Shown: positions 7,501 to 14,951 of the stretch, one piece after another
Layout: each line of letters starts with the position of its first letter
Numbering within the stretch: the first letter of the stretch is position 1
Assembly: GCA_039683575.1 (NCBI GenBank)
Contig: JBDKRC010000045.1
Span: forward strand, 1-15,018
Source: Armatimonadia bacterium
GTDB taxonomy: Bacteria; Armatimonadota; Zipacnadia; Zipacnadales; UBA11051
Reading direction: 5' to 3'
DNA: 15,018 nt
Notes under the pieces: model-generated
Database searches by the model: none
What the model was told of the DNA's origin: nothing
What the model saw: only the letters and a program-made list of their open reading frames with translations
Translations under genes and position numbers: made by a program

Positions 7501-7604
7501 GTGGTCTGCCACGCCCGCCCGGCTGGAAGCCGGGCTCCGTTGGCGTTGCGCTCGCGGCTGGAAGCCGCTCGTACGACTTTTGAGACTTGCTGTGCGGGGG
7601 TCAT
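4599..7604 (-). CDS. Large exported clan GH-A (GH5-like) glycoside hydrolase, about 1001 aa, with a repeat-derived N-terminus
   Basis: DGHFYFENGKRARFWGIN, GFNLVRFHH, GIYVYLDL, NPYTRLSYAQDP; acid/base region ELCDEN; nucleophile region PLVVREWN; hydrophobic signal segment RRAIILIVLVLLLTTTLALG. ATG 7604 overlaps the upstream TGA. The start is uncertain. Confidence 0.8.
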   Translation of the reverse strand: MTPAQQVSKVVRAASSRERNANGARLPAGRAWQTTIPKAVRAASSRERTANGARLPAGRVPQPATHCDTIRSAPRETVCSPRATVAPHGGAECRQPHRRHPARRAIILIVLVLLLTTTLALGAPPAEAPEPQPVTLDPNQTDFPASSLVDFSYLHDRTTGLNGDMFAGKDGHFYFENGKRARFWGINIAKGSVFVPKPVIDETINTIDRAGFNLVRFHHFDDFEGLLPKEAAGSSERFDLGKLALLDYWISELGKRGIYVYLDLLDYRTFHEAEDVPGGPTLGRGAKPYAFFDRRLIMLQQQYARKLLIDHINPYTRLSYAQDPTVCLVELCDENGLFIRAKDWQTMVSPYREQLQGMWNDWLKERYGDTATLAEAWTDSDNQRGLLSDEKLEQSTVRLFPAPARDPGFPSPTAAPVDPEAGQVGRVADRRLFFVSLHQRYFRQMSDYLRSHGVRQPLTAVTDSGHLSDQQAVASSLDFVGMNFYYDHPAWQRGNEWRLPGFFENANPLADARVETFVPRVCSGRVYGKPLVVREWNVCWPNKFRAAGTVEAAVYGALQDLDAMILFTYDVRPGRRQLEFFDVRSDPTRWGVSGMCASLFLKRQVAPARRKTAIAYSSVDTHYPTYQPLPTDIYKLGWVSQVSNLFYDQKLDQKPDLVVASGRTSGGAYPGERTVICGNWPARDLLDHQRDKSADQLSGYELATVPEKTQDFSFGGTMFDSGQKHRLMASPGYLLADIQQNPDLRPIGVGEDGEMCLGFRDMKRRNYVFRRLNAVHELRVALDALGQLFEDPVSHSFMDDNRFVSDTGQVKRLINEELLIVNAPQTQVLAGSLQARSAETNPMLSLKTQSPLGALICLSLDGKPLRETSRWSLKMVTTATNTGEEKNLHVSTPDKTLYALTALGKAPIDTLGKPSATPTTVSLDGKQVISLDMVNGLWELVCMGASYYVYCDTPGIKFSLPTLRDRVRVTVYTQSGECVNQEATQPLTYPGNAAMVVVKNW
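7298..7336. repeat. 17-bp-arm hairpin with two G-T pairs inside the hydrolase 5' region
   Basis: GGGCCGGATGCCGACGG-tgagg-CTGTCGGCATTCGGCCC read directly. Confidence 0.7.
7427..7575 (-). repeat. Two direct copies of REP-like family A (62 bp each, 7427..7488 and 7514..7575, period 87 bp)
   Basis: The copies differ at 1 position (7459/7546). Each has two GGC-TTCCA-GCC hairpins and is homologous to 250..311. Confidence 0.92.
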
Positions 7605-9541
7605 CAGAGCTTCCACTCGAGGGGATAGGTTAGGGGGCGCTCGACCCGGAAGGGACGGTGGGTGGTGAGCGCCGACACGGTGTCCATCTTCAGGCCGCGC
7701 TGGGCGAGAGCCGGCAGGAGCAGCGGGAGAACCTCGCGGGTTTCGTCGAAGCCGTTGTGGAGCAGGACGATGCCGCCCTGATCGAGCTTGCGAAGCATGT
7801 TCGGGAGGATCTGCTCGCCGGTCTGGCCGGGGTAGCTGGTGATGTTCTCGTTCCAGAACACTGTCGAGAAACCGGTTTCAGTGACGGCCTCGCGGACCTG
7901 GGGATCGTAGTTGCCGCCGGGTGGACGGAAGAGGGTGACGAACTCACCACAGGCGCGGCGAATGACCTGGCGGCTCATGACAAGCTCGCGCTCGACGCCG
8001 AGCTGGCTGATCTGGCGCAGGTTGGAGTGCGTGTACGAGTGGCTGCCGATCTCGTGGCCGCGGCGGAGGATCTCGCGGGTTAGCTCGGGGTACATCTCGA
8101 CCTGCTTGCCGACGAGGAGGAACGTGGCTTTGGCGTTGTAGCGGTCGAGGAGGTCGAGTATCCACGGGGTGAGGATCGGGTGCGGGCCGTCGTCGAAGGT
8201 CAGGGCGACAGTCTGGGGCCGAGGGAGGGCGTGGATCTCGTGCTGCTGGACGGCGTTGGTCAGGCCGAGCTTGCGGTAACACAGGAGGAGGTCGCCACGA
8301 ATGCACGGGAGGGTGCACTCGTAGGAGAAGGCGTACTCGTAGGCGTCGATGGCTTCCTGCAGGCGGCCCTGGGCCTCGAGGGCATGGCCGACCAGTTGGG
8401 CACGCAGGAGGGGATGGGCGCGGAGTACGAGCAGGCCCTGCAGGAAATCGGCAACACCGGCGCGGGTGGTGCGCTCGCTTTCGCTGAGGGTGCGCTGGGC
8501 ATTCGCGACATTGACGACGATCGAGGCGGTCTTGACGATGGTGCCGTCGGCGCCGTAGCCATCGACGCGGATCTCGCGGAGGCCATCGCGGGCGAGGGTG
8601 GTGTCCACGTACAGGCGGAAGGGACTGCTGTTGGTCATGCCGGAGAACTGCTCGTCGATGAGCAGGGCGACGTACTGGACCCCGGCCTCACGGTCGCAGA
8701 AGATGCTGACCTCGGAGCGGCCGGTCAGTCGGGCGCCGGGCTTGGGCCACTCGATGTTGAAGGTGTTGTCCCCGCGGCTGAAGTAGGCAGGAGCGGCGGG
8801 CGTACCGGTGCCGGTCGCCGGGGGCGGTGCGGGTGCCGGGGCGAGACCGTTTTTGAGATATGCGAGGCGCAGGCCATCGTCGAGGCGGTTGTCTACGGCA
8901 TAGCGGGCGCCAGCAGAGTAGAGCGGCGAGCAGGCGACGATACCGAGGGTCTGGGGGACGGTCGGAAGCGGGAGGCTAAGGGCATCGAGCGCCTCGGCGG
9001 GACGGTTGCGGGCTATGAGCGTGGCGGCGAGGACCTGCAGGGCGAGTTCGTGCGCGGGCTGCTCATTCAGGGCGGTCTGGGCCTCGGCGCCAGCGACGTC
9101 ATACAGGCCAAGGATACAAGCGACCTGCGCCTCGGAGGCACGGATCGAGGCGCGCTGGGGGCCTTCGTAGGCGAGGGCGAAGCGGTAGTGCTCGAGAGCC
9201 TCGTCATAGCGGCGGGCGAGGTAGGCAGCGGTGGCTTTGCCTACGTGGGCAGCGGGATCGGTGCCATCCAGAACCAGGGCGCGGTCGAAACAGCCTGAGG
9301 CGGCTTCCTGGAAACCGCCGAGAAGATGGGCGGTGCCTTCGCCAATGAGGGCTTCGGCGCAGGTCGAGTCTTCGGCGGCGGCGTCGCGGAAGGCCTTGGC
9401 CGCAGGTTGCCAGCGGCCGCCTGTCAGCAGACGGCAACCTTCGCGCAGCTTCTCGGCTACGCTGGCGTGGCCGGGAGGCGCGAAGGCGAGCAGCGCCATG
9501 AAAAGCGCTGAGACGAGGGCTATGCGGGGGAGGTGGGTCAA
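7604..9541 (-). CDS. Exported TPR / Ig-like / polysaccharide deacetylase (CE4, NodB-like) protein, 645 aa
   Basis: Signal peptide; TPR-like helices; Pro-rich linker; beta-rich Ig-like segment; C-terminal ALTFDDGP, HSYTH, FRPPGG, IVLLH. The TTG start overlaps the birA stop (TTGA). Confidence 0.9.
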   Translation of the reverse strand: MTHLPRIALVSALFMALLAFAPPGHASVAEKLREGCRLLTGGRWQPAAKAFRDAAAEDSTCAEALIGEGTAHLLGGFQEAASGCFDRALVLDGTDPAAHVGKATAAYLARRYDEALEHYRFALAYEGPQRASIRASEAQVACILGLYDVAGAEAQTALNEQPAHELALQVLAATLIARNRPAEALDALSLPLPTVPQTLGIVACSPLYSAGARYAVDNRLDDGLRLAYLKNGLAPAPAPPPATGTGTPAAPAYFSRGDNTFNIEWPKPGARLTGRSEVSIFCDREAGVQYVALLIDEQFSGMTNSSPFRLYVDTTLARDGLREIRVDGYGADGTIVKTASIVVNVANAQRTLSESERTTRAGVADFLQGLLVLRAHPLLRAQLVGHALEAQGRLQEAIDAYEYAFSYECTLPCIRGDLLLCYRKLGLTNAVQQHEIHALPRPQTVALTFDDGPHPILTPWILDLLDRYNAKATFLLVGKQVEMYPELTREILRRGHEIGSHSYTHSNLRQISQLGVERELVMSRQVIRRACGEFVTLFRPPGGNYDPQVREAVTETGFSTVFWNENITSYPGQTGEQILPNMLRKLDQGGIVLLHNGFDETREVLPLLLPALAQRGLKMDTVSALTTHRPFRVERPLTYPLEWKL

Positions 9542-10335
9542 GCCCAGCCCTCCGGATCCGCGCTTTGCATCTTCACGATTTCACCAGAGTGAATGGTTTC
9601 GTCACCGGCAGCGGTGCGGATGATGAGGCCCCCGTCTGCGGTCAGGTCGAGGGCGGTGCCTGTTACCTGCCGCCCGGGGAGGTCGGCGATTACGCGGCGC
9701 CCGAGTGTGACTTCGGACTGCCGGCGCAACGCGAGAAGCTCTTCATGACGGCCGCTTCGCAACGTGTCGTAGAGAGCGTCCAGGCGATTCAGCGTCTCAG
9801 CCAGTAGCGCTTCGCGAGAGGGGGCGACGCCTTCGATTGCCAGCGAGGTTGCCTTCGAGCGCAATTCCGGCGGGAAGTCGTCCGGCTGCTGGGAGACGTT
9901 GACGCCGATGCCGATGACGGCGAAGTCCGGCAAGCGGGCTTCGGTCAGAATGCCGACGAGTTTGCGCCCGGCGATGACCACGTCATTGGGCCACTTGGTG
10001 CGGGCGTCGCAGCCCGTGAGGGCCGCAGAGGCCTGGGCGACGGCAAGGCCGGCGATGGTTGTGAGCAGAGCGAAGTCCTGCGGCGGCAGGGCCGGGCGGA
10101 GAAGAACCGAGAAGAGCAGTGACTGCCCCGGCGGGCTGTGCCACTGGCGTCCCTGACGACCGCGGCCGGCAGTCTGGGTCTCGGCTACGAAAGTGGCGCC
10201 CTCCGCAGCACCGGCAAGGGCAGCGTCGCGGGCCTCATCGTTGGTCGAGGCGACGCTCTCTTTGTATACGAACGGCCCCCGGAGGCGCAAGCCTCGGAGG
10301 CCTTGTTCAACGAGGCCGATATCAAGTCTGTGCAT
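9538..10335 (-). CDS. birA: Biotin--[acetyl-CoA carboxylase] ligase, monofunctional (no N-terminal HTH), 265 aa
   Basis: STND, QTAGRGRQGRQW, KWPND, KLVGIL and GIGVN motifs. Confidence 0.95.
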   Translation of the reverse strand: MHRLDIGLVEQGLRGLRLRGPFVYKESVASTNDEARDAALAGAAEGATFVAETQTAGRGRQGRQWHSPPGQSLLFSVLLRPALPPQDFALLTTIAGLAVAQASAALTGCDARTKWPNDVVIAGRKLVGILTEARLPDFAVIGIGVNVSQQPDDFPPELRSKATSLAIEGVAPSREALLAETLNRLDALYDTLRSGRHEELLALRRQSEVTLGRRVIADLPGRQVTGTALDLTADGGLIIRTAAGDETIHSGEIVKMQSADPEGWA

Positions 10336-10349
10336 AATCAGCGGATTGC

Positions 10350-10925
10350 TTACGCGGGGTTGGTGAGAGCGATCTCAATTATATCACAGATGATGTGGCC
10401 GATGGTGATATGCGACTCCTGGATGCGGGGAGTATCGCTGCTGGGAACGCACAGGCAGAGGTCTACCACGTCCTTGAGCTTCCCGCCGGTGGCCCCGGTG
10501 AAGGCGACGGTGTGGACCTTCTGCTCGCGGGCCACTGCGACGGCGGCGAGGCAGTCGGCGGAGTTGCCGCTGGTGCTCAGGCTGACGAGCACGTCCCCTT
10601 CGCGCATCAGGCCCTGGACCTGGCGGGCGAAAACGCGGTCGAAGCCGTAGTCGTTGCCGATGGCGGTGAGGATGGAGGTGTCGGTGGTGAGGGCGAGGCC
10701 GCGGAAGGCGTTGCGCTCGCGGCGGAAGCGGCTGATCAGCTCGCCCGCGAGGTGCTGGGAGTCAGCGGCGCTGCCACCATTGCCGCAGAAGGCGACGAGG
10801 CCGTCGCCGCGGAGGCTGGTGATCATCAGGTCGGCGATGGCGATGATTTCCGGGACGAGGGTATCGGCGACGAGTTGTTTGACGCGGCGGCTTTCTTCGA
10901 GTTGTTCGCGGATGAGGTCTTCCAC
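10350..10925 (-). CDS. gmhA: Phosphoheptose (D-sedoheptulose 7-phosphate) isomerase, 191 aa
   Basis: CGNGGSAADSQHLAGEL, TAIGNDYG, STSGNS, RIQESH. GTG start at 10925 with AGGGAG 6 nt upstream. Confidence 0.94.
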   Translation of the reverse strand: MEDLIREQLEESRRVKQLVADTLVPEIIAIADLMITSLRGDGLVAFCGNGGSAADSQHLAGELISRFRRERNAFRGLALTTDTSILTAIGNDYGFDRVFARQVQGLMREGDVLVSLSTSGNSADCLAAVAVAREQKVHTVAFTGATGGKLKDVVDLCLCVPSSDTPRIQESHITIGHIICDIIEIALTNPA

Positions 10926-11050
10926 GGAGTGCTCCCTTTGCGCGGGATTGATGGGAATGTGGGTGCGAGACGCACCCACCTACGCGAGTAGATTTTGGGC
11001 GATAGCGCCCGGGATGCCCGAGAGTGATGTCGGGCGTACATGCGCTGAGA

Positions 11051-11830
11051 TCAGCGGCCGGGCTCTACGAAGACCTCTGTTATCCAGAAGTCGCCATTGG
11101 GGTTGACCGAGATGCCCAGGCCGAGCCATTCGAAGGTTGGGTACAGAATGTTGCGACGGTGTCCCGGGCTGTTCATCAGGTCATGGTGCGCTTCCAGGAT
11201 GTTTTCCGGGCAAAGCGCGTAGCCGGAGCCCCAGCGACGTGACAGGTTCTCACCGATGAGCCGGGGCCGGTAGTTGAAGATCGCCCGGAAACGATCCTGC
11301 ACGTTCGACATCCCGGGGGTGGGGGATTTGTGATCGAAGTACTTCTTGTCGCGCATTTCCTCGCTGTGACGACGGGCGACCAGGGCAACGACGGGATCGG
11401 GCACGAGGATCGGCTGGCCATCCTCAAGCCGGGCCTGATTGACCAGGTAGATCATGTGTGCTTCGTCGGCCACGAGTTGGCACCGAACGCTGGAGTTGCC
11501 GTCAGAGCCATCTTCGTAGCCGGGGCCATATGAGGCCACCTGGGTGAGACGATATTGCTCGCGCGCTTCGGTCTCCTTGCCCTGCAACTGGTACATCACA
11601 CCCAGGCGGGCATTTGGCGCACCCCAGTTGGGAGAGATCTGCGCGGCGGCGAGGAAGCCCTTCTCGGCCCCGTCCTGATCTCCCGCTTCCCATTTGCACA
11701 GGGCTTCACGATAGGCCTTCACGGCCTCATCGGAACCGCCTTGTGAGGGGGCGGCCGTGAGGGGGAGGCATACCGAGATCGTGAGCACCGCCAGGGCAAC
11801 TACCAGGCTGCGGTGGCTGCTTCGGCTCAT
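11051..11830 (-). CDS. Exported TPR + CAP (SCP/YkwD-like) domain protein, 259 aa
   Basis: Signal peptide and a TPR pair, followed by CAP motifs ARRHSEEM, YFDH, GENL, MNSPGHRRNIL. Start set to ATG 11830, 4 nt after the upstream stop. Confidence 0.88.
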   Translation of the reverse strand: MSRSSHRSLVVALAVLTISVCLPLTAAPSQGGSDEAVKAYREALCKWEAGDQDGAEKGFLAAAQISPNWGAPNARLGVMYQLQGKETEAREQYRLTQVASYGPGYEDGSDGNSSVRCQLVADEAHMIYLVNQARLEDGQPILVPDPVVALVARRHSEEMRDKKYFDHKSPTPGMSNVQDRFRAIFNYRPRLIGENLSRRWGSGYALCPENILEAHHDLMNSPGHRRNILYPTFEWLGLGISVNPNGDFWITEVFVEPGR

Positions 11831-11834
11831 GCGG

Positions 11835-12614
11835 CTACTGGTTCCTTTCAAAGGCCAATATGGCGGCGCCGAGGGCGCCCGTTAGCTGCGGATCAGGTGG
11901 CACCGTGACGGGCAGGCCCAAGACATGGGCAAGGGCCTGCCGGACGCCGGCATTCAGGGCTACGCCACCGGTGAAGGCGACCTCAGGCTCGACACCCAGA
12001 CGCTGGGTCATGGCGGCCACACGGCGGGCAACCGCGCGACAGAGGCCGGCGGCGAGGTCGGCCCTCTCGCGGCCCTGGGCCAGCAGCCCGACGACTTCGC
12101 TCTCGGCAAAGACAGTGCAAGTGCTGCTGAGCTCGGCGGGAGACTGAGAAGCCAGCGCGAGGTCTGCCAGCCCCTTCAAGTCTACCCCAAGGGCAGTTGC
12201 CATTACCTCAAGAAAACGTCCAGTTCCGGCAGCACAGCGGTCATTCATCTCAAAATCAAGGGCGTGTCCGCCCTCGTCCAGCCGCGTGACCTTGCTGTCC
12301 TGCCCGCCGATGTCGATAACCGTGCGCACACGCGTCAGCAGGTGATGCACGCCGCGGGCATGGCAGGAGATCTCGGTTATGCGGTAGGTGGCGGAAGCCA
12401 GCGCGATTCGGCCGTAGCCGGTGGCGGTGGTGGCCGCAAGGTCGGCAGGTTCGAGGCTGGCCTGATCCAGCGCCATCTGCAGGGCACGTTGCCCCGCCTG
12501 AACCGGGTCGTGAGCCATGCTGAGCAGCGAGCGGCCCAGAATGCGCCCAGCCCGGCCATCGTAGATGATGGCCTTGGCTGTCAAAGAGCCCACGTCGATT
12601 CCGGCGGTGATCAT
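11835..12614 (-). CDS. 2-hydroxyacyl-CoA dehydratase activase (HgdC-like, BadF/BadG/BcrA/BcrD ATPase family), 259 aa
   Basis: GIDVGS, TGYGR, EISCHARG, DIGGQDSK, MNDRCAAGTG, STCTVFAESE (the two [4Fe-4S] Cys), GGVALN. Confidence 0.93.
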   Translation of the reverse strand: MITAGIDVGSLTAKAIIYDGRAGRILGRSLLSMAHDPVQAGQRALQMALDQASLEPADLAATTATGYGRIALASATYRITEISCHARGVHHLLTRVRTVIDIGGQDSKVTRLDEGGHALDFEMNDRCAAGTGRFLEVMATALGVDLKGLADLALASQSPAELSSTCTVFAESEVVGLLAQGRERADLAAGLCRAVARRVAAMTQRLGVEPEVAFTGGVALNAGVRQALAHVLGLPVTVPPDPQLTGALGAAILAFERNQ

Positions 12615-12686
12615 GAAGAGATCCTGAAGATTGAGAGCGAGTCAATTAGGGTCGAAAGCAACGATAGCGGGCCAGGATGGCGAAGT

Positions 12687-12788
12687 GTCGGTTCGGGACG
12701 AACCGACCTACGCGGGAAGGGACGGCGGGATGCGGGCGAGACGCCCGCGCCACGCGGGTTGGGAGACGGGCGAGACGCCCGCGCCACG
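12687..12788 (-). repeat. GTRG-type REP cluster: GTAG-GTCGGTTCG-tcc-CGAACCGAC (12687..12711) and two identical CGTGGCGCGGGCGTCTCGCCCG (12733..12754, 12767..12788)
   Basis: A GTAG/GTGG tetranucleotide followed by a GC-rich palindrome is the canonical REP layout. The cluster lies just 3' of the permease stop. Confidence 0.85.
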
Positions 12789-12810
12789 AAGATTAGGTTG
12801 TTACGGATGC

Positions 12811-14283
12811 TTAGCGCAGAAAGAGCAGCCATAGCCAGACGCTGCTGAGAATCAGGCCCTGGAGCGTGATTGGCACGCTGTATTTCATGAAACGGACGAA
12901 GGTGACGGGTTGTTCCGCCTGAGTGAGTATTCCAGCCACGACGAGGTTCGCGGCGGAGGCAATGACAGTGAAATTGCCGCCGAGACAGGCGCCAAGGGAT
13001 AGCGCCCACCATAGAGGGAGAACGTCGGGGGCATGGGCGGCGGCGGCAAACGTCGTGGCTTCCGGGTGCAGCGCCGTGGCGATGCCGTGTATCAGGACGG
13101 TTCCGGTGGCGACAAAGGGGACGCTGCCGACTACCCCGGAAACGAGCGCTGACACCCACAGGATCAACATCGTCATGGCAGGGACATTATCGCCGGTGAG
13201 CGCGAGTATGCCCTGGCCCATCATGCCGACGACGCCGGACTTAACCAGGGCGCTGACCATGATGAAGAGGCCGATGAAGAAGAAGATGGTTGACCACTCG
13301 ACTTCGCGGAGGGCTTCCTCGGGGCCCTCGCGGTGCATCAGCATCATCAGGGCTGCCCCGGCGAGCGCGATGGTGGCCACTTCCAGATGAAGCACGCTGT
13401 GGAAGCCGAAGGCAATCAGGGTAACAGTGAGCACGCTCAACGAGCGCCGCAGCAGGCGGTGGTCAGTGATGGCCTTACTTTCATCGAAGGCCATCACCTG
13501 CGCGCGTTGCTCGGCGGTGACGTGGAGGCGCTTGCGCATCACAAGCCAGACGGTGCCCAGGAAAGCGGCAGTGACCATAGCGATGATCGGCCCGTTTACC
13601 ACGATGAAGTCCAGAAAGCCCAGGCGGGCGGAGGACCCGATCATGATATTCGGCGGATCGCCGATGAGAGTGGCGGTTCCGCCGATGTTGGAGGCGAGGA
13701 TCACGAATACGAGCATGGGGACGCCGTCGATGGCGAGGCTCTGGCAGACCAACAAGGCGACGGGGGCGATGAGCAGCACAGTGGTCACGTTGTCGAGCAG
13801 AGCGGAGAGCAGGGCGGTGACCAGCGACATCATGATCATGACGGCGACGGGTTCGCCTTTGGCTATCTTTGCCGCCTTGATGGCAACCCACTGGAAGACT
13901 CCGGTATGCCCGGCAATGTTGACGATGACCATCATGCCAATGAGCAGGAAGATCGTGTTCCAGTCGATGCCCTCAATGCCGTCGGCTCCGCGGAAGGCCT
14001 CTTCCTGGTGGATCAGCCCGATTACCAGCATGAACACAGCGGCGGCGAGCGCAACGGTTGTTTTGTGCATGCGCTCGCTGGCGATGAGGGCGTAGGCGGC
14101 AAGGAAGATGGTGGTGGTCAGGGCCTGGGCCGGCTGCATGATCGTGAGGCGCAGGGCGACAAAGGCGACTGCGGCACCCACGGCCACTACAGCCGAGACC
14201 AGCCAGCCAACACGGAGGTATTTCAGGGTTAGCAGCAGGATGGGCGTCAGCAGAGCTACTGCGAGCCATTCAGTCATTGTCAT
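12811..14283 (-). CDS. ArsB/NhaD (IT superfamily, CitMHS/SLC13-like) permease, 490 aa
   Basis: Many transmembrane segments; IDWNTIFLLIGMM, SALLDNVTT, SNIGGTATLIGDPPN, VEWSTIFFFIGLF, LGGNFTVIASAAN. Confidence 0.92.
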   Translation of the reverse strand: MTMTEWLAVALLTPILLLTLKYLRVGWLVSAVVAVGAAVAFVALRLTIMQPAQALTTTIFLAAYALIASERMHKTTVALAAAVFMLVIGLIHQEEAFRGADGIEGIDWNTIFLLIGMMVIVNIAGHTGVFQWVAIKAAKIAKGEPVAVMIMMSLVTALLSALLDNVTTVLLIAPVALLVCQSLAIDGVPMLVFVILASNIGGTATLIGDPPNIMIGSSARLGFLDFIVVNGPIIAMVTAAFLGTVWLVMRKRLHVTAEQRAQVMAFDESKAITDHRLLRRSLSVLTVTLIAFGFHSVLHLEVATIALAGAALMMLMHREGPEEALREVEWSTIFFFIGLFIMVSALVKSGVVGMMGQGILALTGDNVPAMTMLILWVSALVSGVVGSVPFVATGTVLIHGIATALHPEATTFAAAAHAPDVLPLWWALSLGACLGGNFTVIASAANLVVAGILTQAEQPVTFVRFMKYSVPITLQGLILSSVWLWLLFLR

Positions 14284-14284
14284 A

Positions 14285-14746
14285 TCAGTCGCAGTTCTCT
14301 TTTGCTTCCTGAATCAGGCGCCGCACGAGGAGACCCGAGCTCAGCAGGCCGATGACGCGGCCGTCTCTGAGGACGGGAACGTGTGCGAGGCGATGCTGGA
14401 TCATCTGTCGGATGACATCCAGGATCGGTTCGTCTTCCGTGGTAGTCTGCATGACTTCAGCCCGCATCGCCTTGCTGACGGGCAGGCAGGCGACTTCCTC
14501 GAAGCTGTGGCGACCGGGCGTGAAGTCCGGAGGCAGGAAACTGAGGTCTTCCATGTCGGCGAGGTAGTCGGGCAGGAGCAGGGCAAGCAGGTCGAGTTCG
14601 GATATGATCCCCGCCAGCTTGCCGTCTGCAGTGACCACTGGCAGCGCGCGGTGCTTGTACTCCGCCAGCCTTTCTGCCGCTGCGCGCACGCTATCATCAG
14701 GCCGCACGTACACCAGTTCGTCAGGCATTACGTCACGCACTCGCAT
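14285..14746 (-). CDS. CBS domain-pair protein, 153 aa
   Basis: VRDVM, ALPVV...GKLAGIISELDLL, VPVLRDGRVIGLLS. AAGGAG RBS. Ends 1 nt before the permease ATG. Confidence 0.92.
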   Translation of the reverse strand: MRVRDVMPDELVYVRPDDSVRAAAERLAEYKHRALPVVTADGKLAGIISELDLLALLLPDYLADMEDLSFLPPDFTPGRHSFEEVACLPVSKAMRAEVMQTTTEDEPILDVIRQMIQHRLAHVPVLRDGRVIGLLSSGLLVRRLIQEAKENCD

Positions 14747-14778
14747 GCGCCCACTCCTTGTCCACGAAGGCTGGGGGG

Positions 14779-14808
14779 ATTATAGCAGGCGGTGTGAGAG
14801 GGTGACAA
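14779..14808 (-). promoter_or_regulatory. Sigma70-type promoter for the CBS-permease operon: TTGTCA-N18-TATAAT with extended -10 (TGcTATAAT)
   Basis: -35 at 14803..14808, -10 at 14779..14784, followed by AAGGAG and ATG 14746. Confidence 0.8.
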
Positions 14809-14828
14809 GAAGAGGAGGGTATGGCCAA

Positions 14829-14882
14829 GGCCGTCCGGCATTGAAATGCCGGCCTTAGTAATGAGCGTCCCTCCGGGACGCG
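14829..14882 (-). repeat. REP/REPIN-like family B, copy 3 (inverted relative to copies 1 and 2)
   Basis: The reverse complement matches 392..445 at 51 of 54 positions. Confidence 0.9.
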
Positions 14883-14898
14883 AGAGGAGAGAGGAGAG

Positions 14899-14949
14899 CT
14901 ACAGTCGTTTGCGCATGAGGCCGATGCCGAGCGCCAGGAGCGTGAGGGC
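14899..14949 (-). pseudogene. Probable 3' remnant of a membrane-anchored protein gene (...ALTLLALGIGLMRKRL*)
   Basis: C-ending codons like the neighbouring genes, a hydrophobic run then a basic tail, TAG at 14899..14901, and a REP just downstream. Upstream sequence is replaced by the duplicated promoter. Confidence 0.45.
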
Positions 14950-14951
14950 CT

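Noticed and set aside
5541-9298. Long plus-strand ORFs (5541..7583, 8180..9298; likewise 2755..3909 and 13333..14232)
   Set aside because: Antisense shadows of well-supported minus-strand genes in high-GC DNA.
12611-13159. 182-aa minus-strand ORF spanning the REP cluster
   Set aside because: Overlaps the permease out of frame and translates repeat sequence.
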